Below are positions 23,541 through 35,444 of a stretch of DNA of 64,000 nt, piece by piece. The DNA lies in assembly GCF_964204645.1 (NCBI RefSeq), contig NC_134027.1, forward strand, positions 20,422,560 to 20,486,559. Reading direction: 5' to 3'. The translations under genes and the position numbers were made by a program. Below the pieces are notes generated by a model. That model ran no database searches. It saw only the letters and a program-made list of their open reading frames with translations, and had not been told where the DNA came from. The number at the start of each line of letters is the position of its first letter. Positions within the stretch are counted from its first letter, which is position 1. This DNA comes from Tubulanus polymorphus. Lineage: Eukaryota > Animalia > Nemertea.

Positions 23541-25858
23541 GTTTCCCCAGTGACATCAACTCCCACTATGTATACTCGTCCACTATAGAGTATTGGGAGG
23601 AAATGACTTTTTGTGGACGAATGTACATGGAGGCAAGAAAGATAGAGATAGGGAGGGTGGGAGGGAGCCAAAAAACACATCCTAAGTCAACACCAGAGGG
23701 GAAACGTGAGGGTCCATCCAGCCACAATACGGACTCATCGTCCACCGAGTCTTCAGGCAAACTGTGTAGTATCAGATTATTACACTGGTGTCGCTCCCCT
23801 TATGTATACTCGTCCACTATAGAGTATTGGGAGGAAATGACTTTCGCATTCCGATTGAATATGCAGGGACCCAGATGATCAGATCAGGCAACTATCTATC
23901 CTTTTCCCCTTTCTCATGCCTCTCTCCTTCTCTCAAAACTCATCAACAAAAAGAGAGAGGGATGGGAGGACGTCTAGATATTTCCAAACAAGCTTATAGG
24001 CCTAACAGCAAACCTCTCTTCCCTAAACTTACAAAGTCGTGAGAGAATGGGACTTGTGTTTGTAAGTGATAGATATCCAAGCACAGGTCTAAACAATCAG
24101 GCAGCTGCTTCTTGATGGTAGACTACCACAGTGCATGTTCAACCTGGGGCAAAAACCCACCCCGGTAGCCAAGAATAATTAAATAAGCAATAAAGATAAA
24201 TGCAGAAAATTGCGTCAATTGCTACAAAATATAACCAGGGTTAGGAAGCCCCAGACCGAACTCGCGTGAACAAAGTCCACTAGGGTAAAAGTCACCCTGA
24301 GAACGACGAGTAAATTCCCAAACGCCCAAGCCAAACAAGGGTTAAAGAACCGAGGTAAAGACCTGCAGAGACCTCTAAAGATCCACGGGCAAGAAATTTG
24401 CCGGTTGACCAAATTGTGAGTTTGAGCAGCTGCTTCTTGATGGTAGGATTCCACAGTGCAAGTTCAACCTGGGGCAAAAACCCACCCCGGTAGCCAAGGA
24501 AAAAATTAAACAAGCAATAAAGATGAAAGCAGAAAATTGCGTCAATTAATACAAAATATAACCAGGGTGGGAAGCCCGCTAGGGTATGAGTCACCCTGAG
24601 AACGACGAGGAAATTCCCAAACGCTTGAGCAAAACAAGGGTTAAAGAACCGAGGTAAAGACCTACAGAGACCTCAAAAGATCCAAGGGCAAGAGATTTAG
24701 TGCATATCACATGCAGTGGATCAGATAACAATGACAAAAGCTTACTATAATGCAAGTATAGCAGACCGAGATATCTCAATAATAACAAAAATAAAATGTA
24801 TGAATTTGTGAGCAGTATTCGCTGTTAATAATATGACACACTAAAACCAAACTACGTGTAACACATTCTAGCCAAAAATGTTACCGGCCTCGCTAGCCAT
24901 ATACTTAGCTAACGCAAGCCATTAACCCTTTAGCCATTGCTTGCCACACATTTTTTTCTGCCCAACCTCACTAGTTGTCACAAAATCTTAACTGCCCAAC
25001 CTCACTAGATGTCACAAAATCTTAACAGCCCAACCTCACTAGTTGGCACAAAATCTTAACTGTCCAACCTCACTAGTTGGCGCAAAATCTTTTCTGCCCA
25101 ACCTCACTAGTTGGCGCAAAATCTTTTCTGCCGAACCTCACTAGTTGGCGCAAAATCTTCACTGCCCAACCTCACTAGTTGGCGCAAAATCTTCACTGCC
25201 CAACCTCACTAGTTGGCGCCAAAATCTTCGCTGCCCAACCTCACTAGTTGGTGCAAAATCTTAACTGCCCAACCTCACTAGTTGGCGCAAAATCTTCACT
25301 GCCCAACCTCACTAGTTGGCGCAAAATCTTCACTGCCCAACCTCACTTGTTGGCGCAAAATCTTCACTGCCCAACCTCACTAGTTGGCGCAAAATCTTCA
25401 CTGCCCAACCTCACTTGTTGGCGCAAAATCTTCACTGCCCAACCTCACTAGTTGGCGCAAAATCTTCACTGCCCAACCTCACTAGTTGGCGCAAAATCTT
25501 CACTGCCCAACCTCGCTAGTTGGCGCAAAATCTTCACTGCCCAACCTCACTAGTTGGCACAAAATCTTCACTGCCCAACCTCGCTAGTTGGCGCAAAATC
25601 TTCACTGCCCAACCTCACTAGTTGGCACAAAATCTTCACTGCCCAACCTCACTAGTTGGCGCAAAATCTTCACTGCCCAACCTCACTAGTTGGCGCAAAA
25701 TCTAAATCATAAAACTTCCGAAGCCCCAACCTCACTAGTTGGTAAAGAAATAAGACGGAATGCTCACCAGTCAAAAGTCGACCGATCGGGCTGAAGACTT
25801 CAGGCAAACTGTGTAGTGTCAGATTATTACACTGGTGTCGCTGATGTCACTGAGAAAC
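23541..25858 (-). mobile_element. Non-coding element with Ngaro/PAT-like split direct repeats (A1...B1A2..B2)
   Basis: Repeat A at 25798-25842 and 23751-23795; repeat B at 23794-23844 and 23560-23610. Internal ~300-330-bp duplication (~24100-24400 vs ~24425-24700). Outer inverted 17-18-mer. Confidence 0.55.
24958..25742. repeat. 34-bp tandem minisatellite (~22 copies) with an internal hairpin
   Basis: Unit ctgcccaacctcactagttggcgcaaaatcttca, containing a ccaac...gttgg stem. No spacers. Confidence 0.95.
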
Positions 25859-26329
25859 TTTAAGAAACTGACCTGTGTCCAGTAGAATAGTAATAGGATA
25901 GTAAATCAGATAGGTGGCACTTAACCCCACCCCTCATTATTGTAGGAAAACTAAACGTTCCGCACTGACTAAAAATTAGTAATAACATTTTAGAAATGGC
26001 CAGAATTTTAACTTAGGTTCTATCTCATTTTTATTTTACAATTGCGATTGGTATAATTTTTTTCAAACGGCCGTTAAGGCTTCATGTTTCGTCTGCAATT
26101 TACTGCAAATAGTTACGCAACTACGCACATTTCAGTGTTTTTGGCAGATGTACACTCGATCGGCACCGTTCGTGACTAGCTTCACTGCGGAATTATCATT
26201 AATTAACATCGCCATATCACATCATCAACTTATATTGTGCCTTAAAACCCTAACAGCCGAAATAATTGAAATGCACACACGATTTCTATCATTGAAAATT
26301 GAGAGAGTGGCCATGTTTGTGTCCTGCTG

Positions 26330-29300
26330 CTTCGCGTAAATACCGCGCGGAGGCGCAGCCGCACGGAGTGGGGCCGATACGTCAAGTAGTATGGTGAGAA
26401 CCCAGTACTTCTATGGGGAGTAACATTATAATAATACACTAACTCACCTATAAATTCTGCCCAACGTTTTTTTGCTTTAGTCTCCGAAGTTTGCAGTAAA
26501 TAGTGCAAAGTATGGTTAAATCTCTCAGGATAAGGATTACCAGAAGGATGGTACGGAGTCATTCTAGTTTTCTTAGTGCCATACAATTTACACAAAGAGG
26601 CAATGATCCTACCCTCGAAGTTTCTACCTTTGCACTATGTATTCTCAATGATACACCGTATACTTGAAAATTTTTGACCAAGGCTTTGGCATCAGAAGTA
26701 GCTTTTTGATCTCTGGTTGCCACAACAACACAGTACCTGGTAGAAACATCAGTAATAACTAGAACGTCTTCAATTCCACCGCTTGATTTTTCCAGCTGAG
26801 AAAAATCAACAGCTAGTAACTCTAGTGCTTTAGAAGCAGCAATACGACCTAATGGAGTTTTCACATGGGGACGTTGCTTACCACAACGTCTACAGCGACT
26901 GACATGATTTACTACATCTTTACTCAATCCAATCCAGAAGAACTAGACGAGAAGATTCACATTATCCGTGTATGATGATGACGAGAGAAATCCCACAATA
27001 ACAAAGCCAAAATTGAAAAATTCTATATCAGAATGATTGTATTTGAGGAGCGATGTTTCGGCTAAAAGCTGTTAGCCATCTAGCTGAAACGTCGCTCCTC
27101 AAATACAATCATTCTGATATAGAATTTTTCAATTTTGGCTTTGTTATTGTGGGATTTCTCTCGTCAATCCACAAGAACCTTTCCCGTATCAATTCCTCCG
27201 TACGGTTCTCACCTGGATGAGCTACATTATCATGAAGAGCTATTAACACATCAGAAACGTTAGTAATTGGCAAAACAATTTGCTGTATTTCAGTGCCATT
27301 TACAGTTATACATCTAAAAAATTCCATACAAAATTCCATTGTGAAATCTCAGTTTCTTTTTATCACGTAATCTCTTGTGAGCATGATTCAATGTTACACT
27401 TAACTGCATTCCTAGAAGAATGTCTCTCACAGGACCGATAACAGGATCACGACATTGTTCAACCATCAATTCTCCTACATTACTAGGGAATATATCACTA
27501 GAAGCTGGTATACCGGATTGAATACCCATCACTCTAGCATGAATCCGTTACTAGTCTGAAATGAAGAATGAATATCATAAATATATCAAAAAATATCATT
27601 TGTAAATTCCTCATCGTCACTGTCATCGTCAGTTGAGTCTGATAGGCCTCCTAGATAGTGCATCTGCGACCGTATTCTTTCTACCCAGCCGATATTTAAT
27701 ATCAAAATGAAAAGAAGCCAAGTCACAAACCCACCGCTGCTCTATGACAGGGAGCTTCTTTTTAGACATAATATAACATAACGGGTTATTATCAGTATAT
27801 ACAGTAAAAGTTGAACCAATAAGGTAATCTCTAAACTTCTCGGTTATTGCCCATTTGAAAGCAAGCAATTCCAGCTTTTTGCTGGAGTAATTCTCCATAT
27901 TCTTTTCACTCTTTCGTAAACCTCTGCTAGCGTAACAAATAACACGTTTAACTCCATCTTGCACTTGGGACAAAATTGCACCTAATCTCTGGGAGGATGC
28001 AACTACTTCTACCACAAATTGCAATTTGAAATTTGCAAACCCGAGAACTGGAGCTTTGGTCAACGACTCCTTTATCGACTGAAATGAGTGTTCACTTTCA
28101 ACAGTCCACAAATCAGTTATTTTTTATGTTCATGGATTTTTCCTACCTGTAGGTCCACGGCGAGACGTAATATCATACAAAGGTTTAATTTGCCATCTGA
28201 GAAAAATTCGCGATAAATCTTCTGAACCAACTTGCGAGCCCAAGAAACGATTTCAATTCTTTTAATGTTTCAGGCTGCTTCCAGTTCAGGACAACCTTGA
28301 CCTTATCACCTAAAGCCTGAATACCATTTTCACTAACTTCATAGCCCAAATACAAAGCTTGTTTCTTGAAAAAAATTACATTTTTTAAGCTCAAGAGCTA
28401 ACCCATGTTTCCCTTAAATAGAAAATACAGCATCAAGTCTCTCCAAGTGTTCTTCTAATGATGAACTATGACAAATTATATCATCTAGGTGAACTAATAG
28501 CCAAATGAATAATACATCCAGAAAGACAATTTGCATCAATCGTTGATATGTACTTGGACTGTTTGAAAGACCAAAAGGTATACGTAAGTGTTCAAATAGA
28601 CCAAAAGGGCAAGTAAGAGCAGTCTTATGAATATCTCTTTCCGCTACTTTCACTTGGTACGCGCTTTAATACGCGCTTTGAAGATCTAAACATGAAAACC
28701 ACTTGGCCCCCTGCTAAAGCGTCTAGTGACTCCTCAATTCGTGGCAGAGGGAACATGTCACGGATTGTCTTTTTGTTTAGTAACCTATAATCTACACATA
28801 AGCGTAATTGATTATTCTTTATATGAACTAGTACTATCGGGCTTGCATATTGACTATTACTGGGACGTAAAATATTGCGATTAACCAATTCCTGTAGATG
28901 ATTTCTCAGTTCATCTAATAGTTGAGGAGGTACCCCCCGAAAAGGTTGAGCAATCGGTACATCATCTGTTAAATTAATGGTGTGTTCCACCGTATCGGTA
29001 CAACCCAGGTCTAAATCTCCCCTAGCAAAAACTCGCCAATGCTTCACAAACATTTCAATCTTCTGATCCCATGTCTTTTTCCTGAAATTGAACATTAGTT
29101 TTCACATCAAAACTATTACCATCACACGTTACATGCATGGTCTGTACGATAACTGGTACTACCCTAGCTAAAGGTGTCTTTGGCTTCAGCCATACATTAG
29201 AAGCTGATAAATTCATGACTTGTAGGGAAGGTTTCTTGTTATCATCAACAACTCCAGGAACAACCAACAAATTACCCGGTAAAGGCGTAGACAGAGGTTC

Positions 29301-30573
29301 GAAAATGTAACTGTGTTTTTCAGACAACCGACCAGTAACTGGCACATCCATAATACCACCAGCTGGAATTAATAGCTCAGTACGATCTGCTAGTCTAGCT
29401 TAATACGACTTAATAAGCATGTATTTGACAATAATGATTGAAATCGGGGTAAATGCTGTAATATATTCGTACCTAGCAACATGGGAATTGCGTTGTCACC
29501 ATGTTAATGACCAACCATCACACCAGTGAGTGGAACATTTGTACCTAGAATTTCAATTTCATCCGTTAGATAAAAACCATCATATGGCAAGACTTCCCAT
29601 CTGCAGCTTTGATTCAGCCATGATTCACCTTCCATTAACCTAGTTCCTGTCGGAAAATGGGAGTAGAAGAAATCAGAATTAATTATGCTACAAACAGATC
29701 CAGTGTCAAGCAGCGCTTCAACTGTAACATTACCAATTTTTACCGGAATTTTAGGCACTGGACCTAAAATATTATTTACACATTGTTTCGAATTACCATT
29801 TACTGAGGAGTATCCGAAACCACATTCATCATTGAGGGAGCTGTGTATGCCTTGTCCTGCTGTCTCCGATGAGCTCCCCGAAAAGCAGGACCCGGTTGGT
29901 TTCCCGAACTCTGATAATTATATGTGGGGCCGACATTGTATGAATCACCCTGTCGATTCATATCATCCGACCTAACGAATGGTCGAGTTCTTTGATTACG
30001 CATCTTACCACGGTTACCTCTGAAACCATCACCTCGATTATAACCTTGGGGATGAAAATTTCAGTTATATGTATTATTTACAGCGGGCGAGTACGGAAAT
30101 CGGGGATTTCTTCCACCATCATGTTGATGTCAGAATTGCGTTGATCAAATAAATTGGCTACTTGGGACTGAGTTTCAAACAAGCTCGCTTCCATGTGCTT
30201 TTGCCTGTCAGCAATACCTCTGACTGAAACAGTCAATTCTTTTAACATTGCCTGCATACATTCAGATGGATCTTGTTCCAATTTCAGTACTGTTTTCTTT
30301 CTAACCTGTATCTGACTACCAGTTTCAAGAACATATTGAAAAGCATAGTCACGCAAAGTTGAAAATGTTTGCTGTGAACCCTGCATTAATTTTTTAAATT
30401 CCCATCGCAAGCTTACATCTTAGACATTGGACGAAAATTGTTCACACAACATTGAATCAATAGCTGTCCCTTTTGATGCATCGACTAATTCGAAACGTTT
30501 TGACAAAAGGGTTAATTCATCTACAAAATCGGTCAGCGATTTCCCTGCCTTTTGTTCTCTGGAATAAAAATCT
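26330..30573 (-). mobile_element. Decayed Ty3/Gypsy LTR retrotransposon (gag-PR-RT-RH-INT); no LTRs identified
   Basis: Protease ALLDTGS; RT LCVDYRLLN, PFGLSNSP, HLDD; RNase H LGAILSQ, YTDNNPL, ADALSR; integrase HPG..RT, AVDF, YHPSGN..ERFNHTL. Many frameshifts. Confidence 0.92.
26979..27166. repeat. Near-perfect 188-bp palindrome inserted in the Gypsy integrase region
   Basis: tgacgagagaaatcccacaataac...gagcga vs tcgctc...gttattgtgggatttctctcgtca, with arms of ~85 bp. Confidence 0.9.
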
Positions 30574-31330
30574 CATGTTTCATGTAACAATATCTGGTTT
30601 AATTCCTAACAATTTAGCTATTGGTTTTTTTTTATAATAAAAGAATGTTCATTTTCATCATCTAACTTTATTTTTATTCTATCACTTTTCATAAATCTAA
30701 TTAAAAATTTATCTTCACTTCTAATTTTCAACCGTGCTCTTCTATCAATTTCTAGCTCTAATGTTTCTAAATTATATAATCCTGGTCTTAGATATAAAGT
30801 AACCCATTTGGTTTTTATTTCTAATAAAAATCAAAAAAGCATTATCTTCAGTGGTTTTATTTGAAATATTATAAAAAGAATTACATAAACTAATATTTAC
30901 TAATTTCAAATCAACGCAATTTTTAAATTCTCTAACTAATTGTATTTGTTAATTATGTGATTTTTGATTAAGCAGTTGTCTAGAATCAACAAATATTCTG
31001 TATTCTTTTAATTCTACCATCTATTTTACATATTTTTTTATTCGAAATCTATATCATGACATCCTTGTTCATTCTTACCTTTATATATGAAATAGAAATC
31101 ACCGGAATATAATTCTTCAATATCTTCACTAGATAATCTATGAAATCTATCTGGTTAATATGTTTATCTACAGATTTGACATTTTTAGTATCTTTAATTC
31201 TTTTTAAGAATTCACTGTGTATTTGTTTACTCTCCATTTATTATACATATCTTTCATTAAAATTGATTTTCATATATATGATATTCATTTATATAATGTT
31301 CATATATATGAATATTATTAGAAGGAATGG
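30574..31330 (-). pseudogene. Second, diverged Polinton-like fragment (5' part of penton gene plus small upstream ORF 31049-31237)
   Basis: 30574-31020 aligns with ~11654-12102 (MVELKEYRIFVDSR, EFKNCVDLKLVNISLCNSFYNIS, PGLYNLE). Contains an in-frame stop. Confidence 0.85.
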
Positions 31331-31686
31331 GGGAAGTGAAAAGTTAGAACCTAGGTAATCGCCCTCGACCAATCAACCCATTGTGCAGTATCAAAACAAA
31401 ATAGGGTAACTAGATTAACGATCATAAGATATTTTTGTCCTTTTGCATCAAGGTAATGACAAGCAATTCATGGATAGATTAATGCGGATAATATGAACGG
31501 ATTACAAAGCTGAGTTGACAAATATAATGTATGTGGTAGTGGTAGTGTGTTAATGGTATTCAATCATCGCTAATCCAGTGATTTGGCATTTGCCCCGTAT
31601 TTACATAAACACTGAAACAGTACGACTGTAACTAAATATCATACACAATTAATGACAGATTGGCTGTGAAGTGGTACGTACGAGCA

Positions 31687-34600
31687 ATGGATGACGCGAT
31701 TGAAAGGACTTACGACCAGTTGTTGAAGGGTAGCAAAAAGTGGCATATTCTAACTTATCTTTGTTGGGTAATACCTGCAAACATCGTGCTCGCCCTTTTT
31801 TCGATGTCAGTAGTTTTTACAGGTATGTTCAGGAGATAAAACAAAACAAATCAATTGTTTTAATAGAAACCTGATTATCAATCAATTTGCGCTTTCGAAT
31901 TTCTAGCATTTTCTTCAAATCATATCGTTGCGCTATAAATGTTTGCAGCCGGTGTACCGGATTACCACTGTACAGTCTCTGACAATACATCGCTACCGAG
32001 AAAAAAGAACGGAGAGCCAGAAACTTGTCTCATTTACAGTAATCTAACCTCCGTTAATACAACAGAGAAATGTTCACATTGGACCTATCCTGATAAAGAA
32101 TATGGAGTGACAATCGTGTCTGAGGTAAAACCTTTTTTCTCGATCGCTTTCATCCGTAGTCAGATCAAAGATATTAATAATTAATTAATCCAAGTATCGT
32201 TGAATATTGTCTTTATCATAGTGGGATTTAGTTTGTGACCACAACTACCTCGGTGAACTATCACAGTCATTCTATATAATGGGTGCAATAGCTGCTACGT
32301 TATTGGTATCACCGCTTGCTGATATCTACGGAAGGAAACTTTTATTTTTGGTCATCAATGGTTCACTTGTTTTTACTGGCATTGGGGCAGCCTATGCTGT
32401 GAACTATGCCATGTTTGCAGCATTCCGAGTTCTAAATGGCATGGCTGGCGAAGTAAGCTATTTACCACCTTGTTTTAGATAGTATTCATTATCCTTACAC
32501 GTTGGCCACTACCTCAATATTGATTGTAATCTTGAAACTGATGCGATGTTTTCAGGATGTAAAAGTAGTTACGAAAGAATTATCACAGTGAAGGCTTCAC
32601 CTTTGTGTATCACTGTTATAATGTATAAAAATTAACCACCGGTAGACCTGGGAAATAAGTTGACACCTCTAACCCAATTTCACCTTCCAACTCAGCTTAC
32701 CGTCAAATAAGCGGTATAATGATGAACATTAGTTTGATTACAGGCTTGTTTGATGATTGCTATCGTCGCTGCTGTTGAACTGTTTCCAAAAAATCTACGA
32801 ACGTTTGCCGGCCAGATAATGTTTGTATGGTGGAGTATTGGATTGATGCTTCTTGATTTGATGGCCTACTTTATCAGGAATTGGCGTCACTTACAGCTCG
32901 CAGTCGCAATTATGCCAGTCATAACAATTATTGATATTTGGTTAGTTATATTTAAATCCAATGTGTTTTCTGATTTTGAGGATTCATGTGTCATCTATAC
33001 TTTGGTCAGTGTTTTGTCCCTATCGTTAAAGGTTGATACCGGAATCTGTGCCGTGGCTGTTGTCGAAAGGAAAGGTAGAACAAGCTGAAGAAATCGTTAA
33101 AAAGGCGGCCGCCTTTAATGGAACGTTACTTCCAGAACATCCATTCGAAGAACAAGCTGAAGTAGAAGAAGAAAAAGAACTCGGTCGAATGACACTATTC
33201 CGTGAACCAATTCTTAGACGAATTACGTTCATACTGTTTGCTTTATGGTATGTTTCATCGAGTATGCTAGACACTAGATTGTACTTGCATCTTGAAATCA
33301 TTTCCCTCAAATACCAGGTTTCCAATTTTAAATTTTAAGTTAACGTTATCAAAATCACCCTTTCTCTATTGATCAGGTTTGTCAACAATCTAGTTTACTA
33401 CGGTTTATCACTATCTGCAGCTGAATTAGCCGGTGACCGATTTTTGAACTTCTTCCTTATGGCTCTAGTAGAAATACCCGCTACTATTTGTTGTATGTTT
33501 GTTTTAGAAAGGTAAATGAATTTCACCATTATTCAAATATTAAATCAAATTATATAGGCACCTTAATATAGTCAAACATGGTACATGCAAATCTATAGCT
33601 AATTCTACCTAAGTGCATATTTTGTCCATGTTTTATATTTCAGTCGAGCTGGGAGACGTATATCGTTATCTAGTTTTCATATATTAGCTGGTATTTCACT
33701 AATACTACTTGTATGCGTACCGCCTGTCACAGGTTGGTAAAAAATCATCTGTGTGTATGTGCGTGCGTGCGTGTGTGTGTGTGTGTGTGTGCGTGCGTGT
33801 GTATGTGCGTGCGTGTGCAAAAAACTAAAAATGGCGGATGGCAAGCAGGTGCAGTGACACGTCGCTCCGTTCTTAACTGCTTTTACCAGTAAGTTATCGC
33901 TTAAAGATTTCTAACGGTCGGCAATTTTCTAAACATTTTTGAAAATTTCGTGCAAGCAGGTGCGTTCTGGTGCAATCTGATGCCGATAGGTAGGCTGGTT
34001 CCCGTTTACTTTGCATGTATCGAATTTATTTTAGCAAATGCAGACCATGTGCCGACGTTCGTCGACGTTTGAACGGGCGTTTGAAAAATGGGGTTCGTAT
34101 GAACTACCGAACCCCCTAGGGACGCCCATGAAATATTGTGATTGAATTTGACTCCAGCACCTGTGGGCTAGACCTAAAGACCTAAAGCCGTTCCACATCA
34201 GTAACCACTGCGTACCGTTCAATCTCAATATTAAGCTTTGGCAAATATATTTATAACTATGAGCGACGATTTCCAGGACTTTGCACATAAAGCTTTCGCA
34301 AAACTGGAGACATCAGTCGAAAAATTGAATCAAAACGATGTGCATTCGAATCGAAACTTCTGTCACTCGGTGTAACCAGAGAATGTCGCCTACGAGACGG
34401 AAAGTATAATTTCTACGTGATTTCCGTTTTTCGAACACAATAACTTTTGTTTTGTCAGTATTGATGGTGAGCCTCCACTTTCTACCCAACAAGTGCTTCA
34501 CTGTACTTGCAATCTGCTGTTGTAAAATGAATGCTTAAATGTTCTGTACAAAAGATGTTTTTGTGGAACAATAAAAATGAAATTTGCGTGTGCGTGCGTG

Positions 34601-35444
34601 TGTGTGTCTGTTAAAAACAAGAAAAAAAGATGAAAGATAAGAAGCTTTATTTCTATGTTTTCTCCTGTTTCAGGGAGTGGAACAAATCTGATGCCCTTAG
34701 CTGTATTTTTGACTTTAGTTGGCAAATTCAGTATCGCAGCCTCATTTAATATAGTCGTCCAATATAGTTTAGAATTGTATCCTACGTTGATTAGGTAATA
34801 TTTGAAACTATCACACGCAGCCTTAATATAATATTTCGTCAATCATTAATCATAAAACGTCCAAATTCTAAATATCTTGTTTGGCCAAGTTGATCTATCG
34901 AGTCCTTGCACATGCAATATAAAAAGCCAATCTTAATATTCGTGTATATTGAATTTACTTGACTAAATGCAATAAAGTTGACATATACTTCTTAGAGGTG
35001 TATCATCTTCAAGTAAGATTTAGATTATAATCTAATATTGTTCAATTCAAGGAATACTGGGTCTGGAACGTCATCGTTTACTGCCCCGGTCGCTGGTACT
35101 TTAGCGCCATTCGCAGCTTATTTGGTACGTATATAAATATCAGAAATCAGTCATTTCTTTATTGGTGCAGATGACTGTAACTACCTTAAGTTACTATGAT
35201 GTTTCAGGCGCGTGTGGTGCCGTGGGCCCCCGGAGTTATTTTCGGTGTTATGTCCCTGTTCGTCGGAATTCTGGCTTTGCTGTTACCGGAAACGAGAGGA
35301 CGGTCATTACCGCATACTGTGGAGGATATGAAACAGTGGCACCTACCGAGTTTAACGTGTGGTTCATCGAACAGAAGAAAAAAGATTAAATCCGTAAACG
35401 TTCACAGTAATGGAGAAAAGGGGCAAGCGACTACTTTACTTTGA
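31687..35444 (+). CDS. SLC22-family organic cation/carnitine transporter-like MFS protein, 10 exons
   Basis: Exons 31687-31822, 31949-32124, 32222-32452, 32744-32940, 33032-33247, 33377-33511, 33644-33732, 34674-34794, 35052-35124 and 35208-35444, all GT-AG. Motifs TIVSE|WDLVCD, ADIYGRK, ELFPKNLR, IPES.PWL, ELYPTLIR and LLPETRG. Confidence 0.92.

Noticed and set aside
25248-25519. Repetitive peptide ORFs
   Set aside because: Artefact of the 34-bp repeat.
24958-25742. CRISPR-like array (34-bp palindromic repeats)
   Set aside because: Units are head-to-tail with no unique spacers, there are no cas genes, and the context is eukaryotic.
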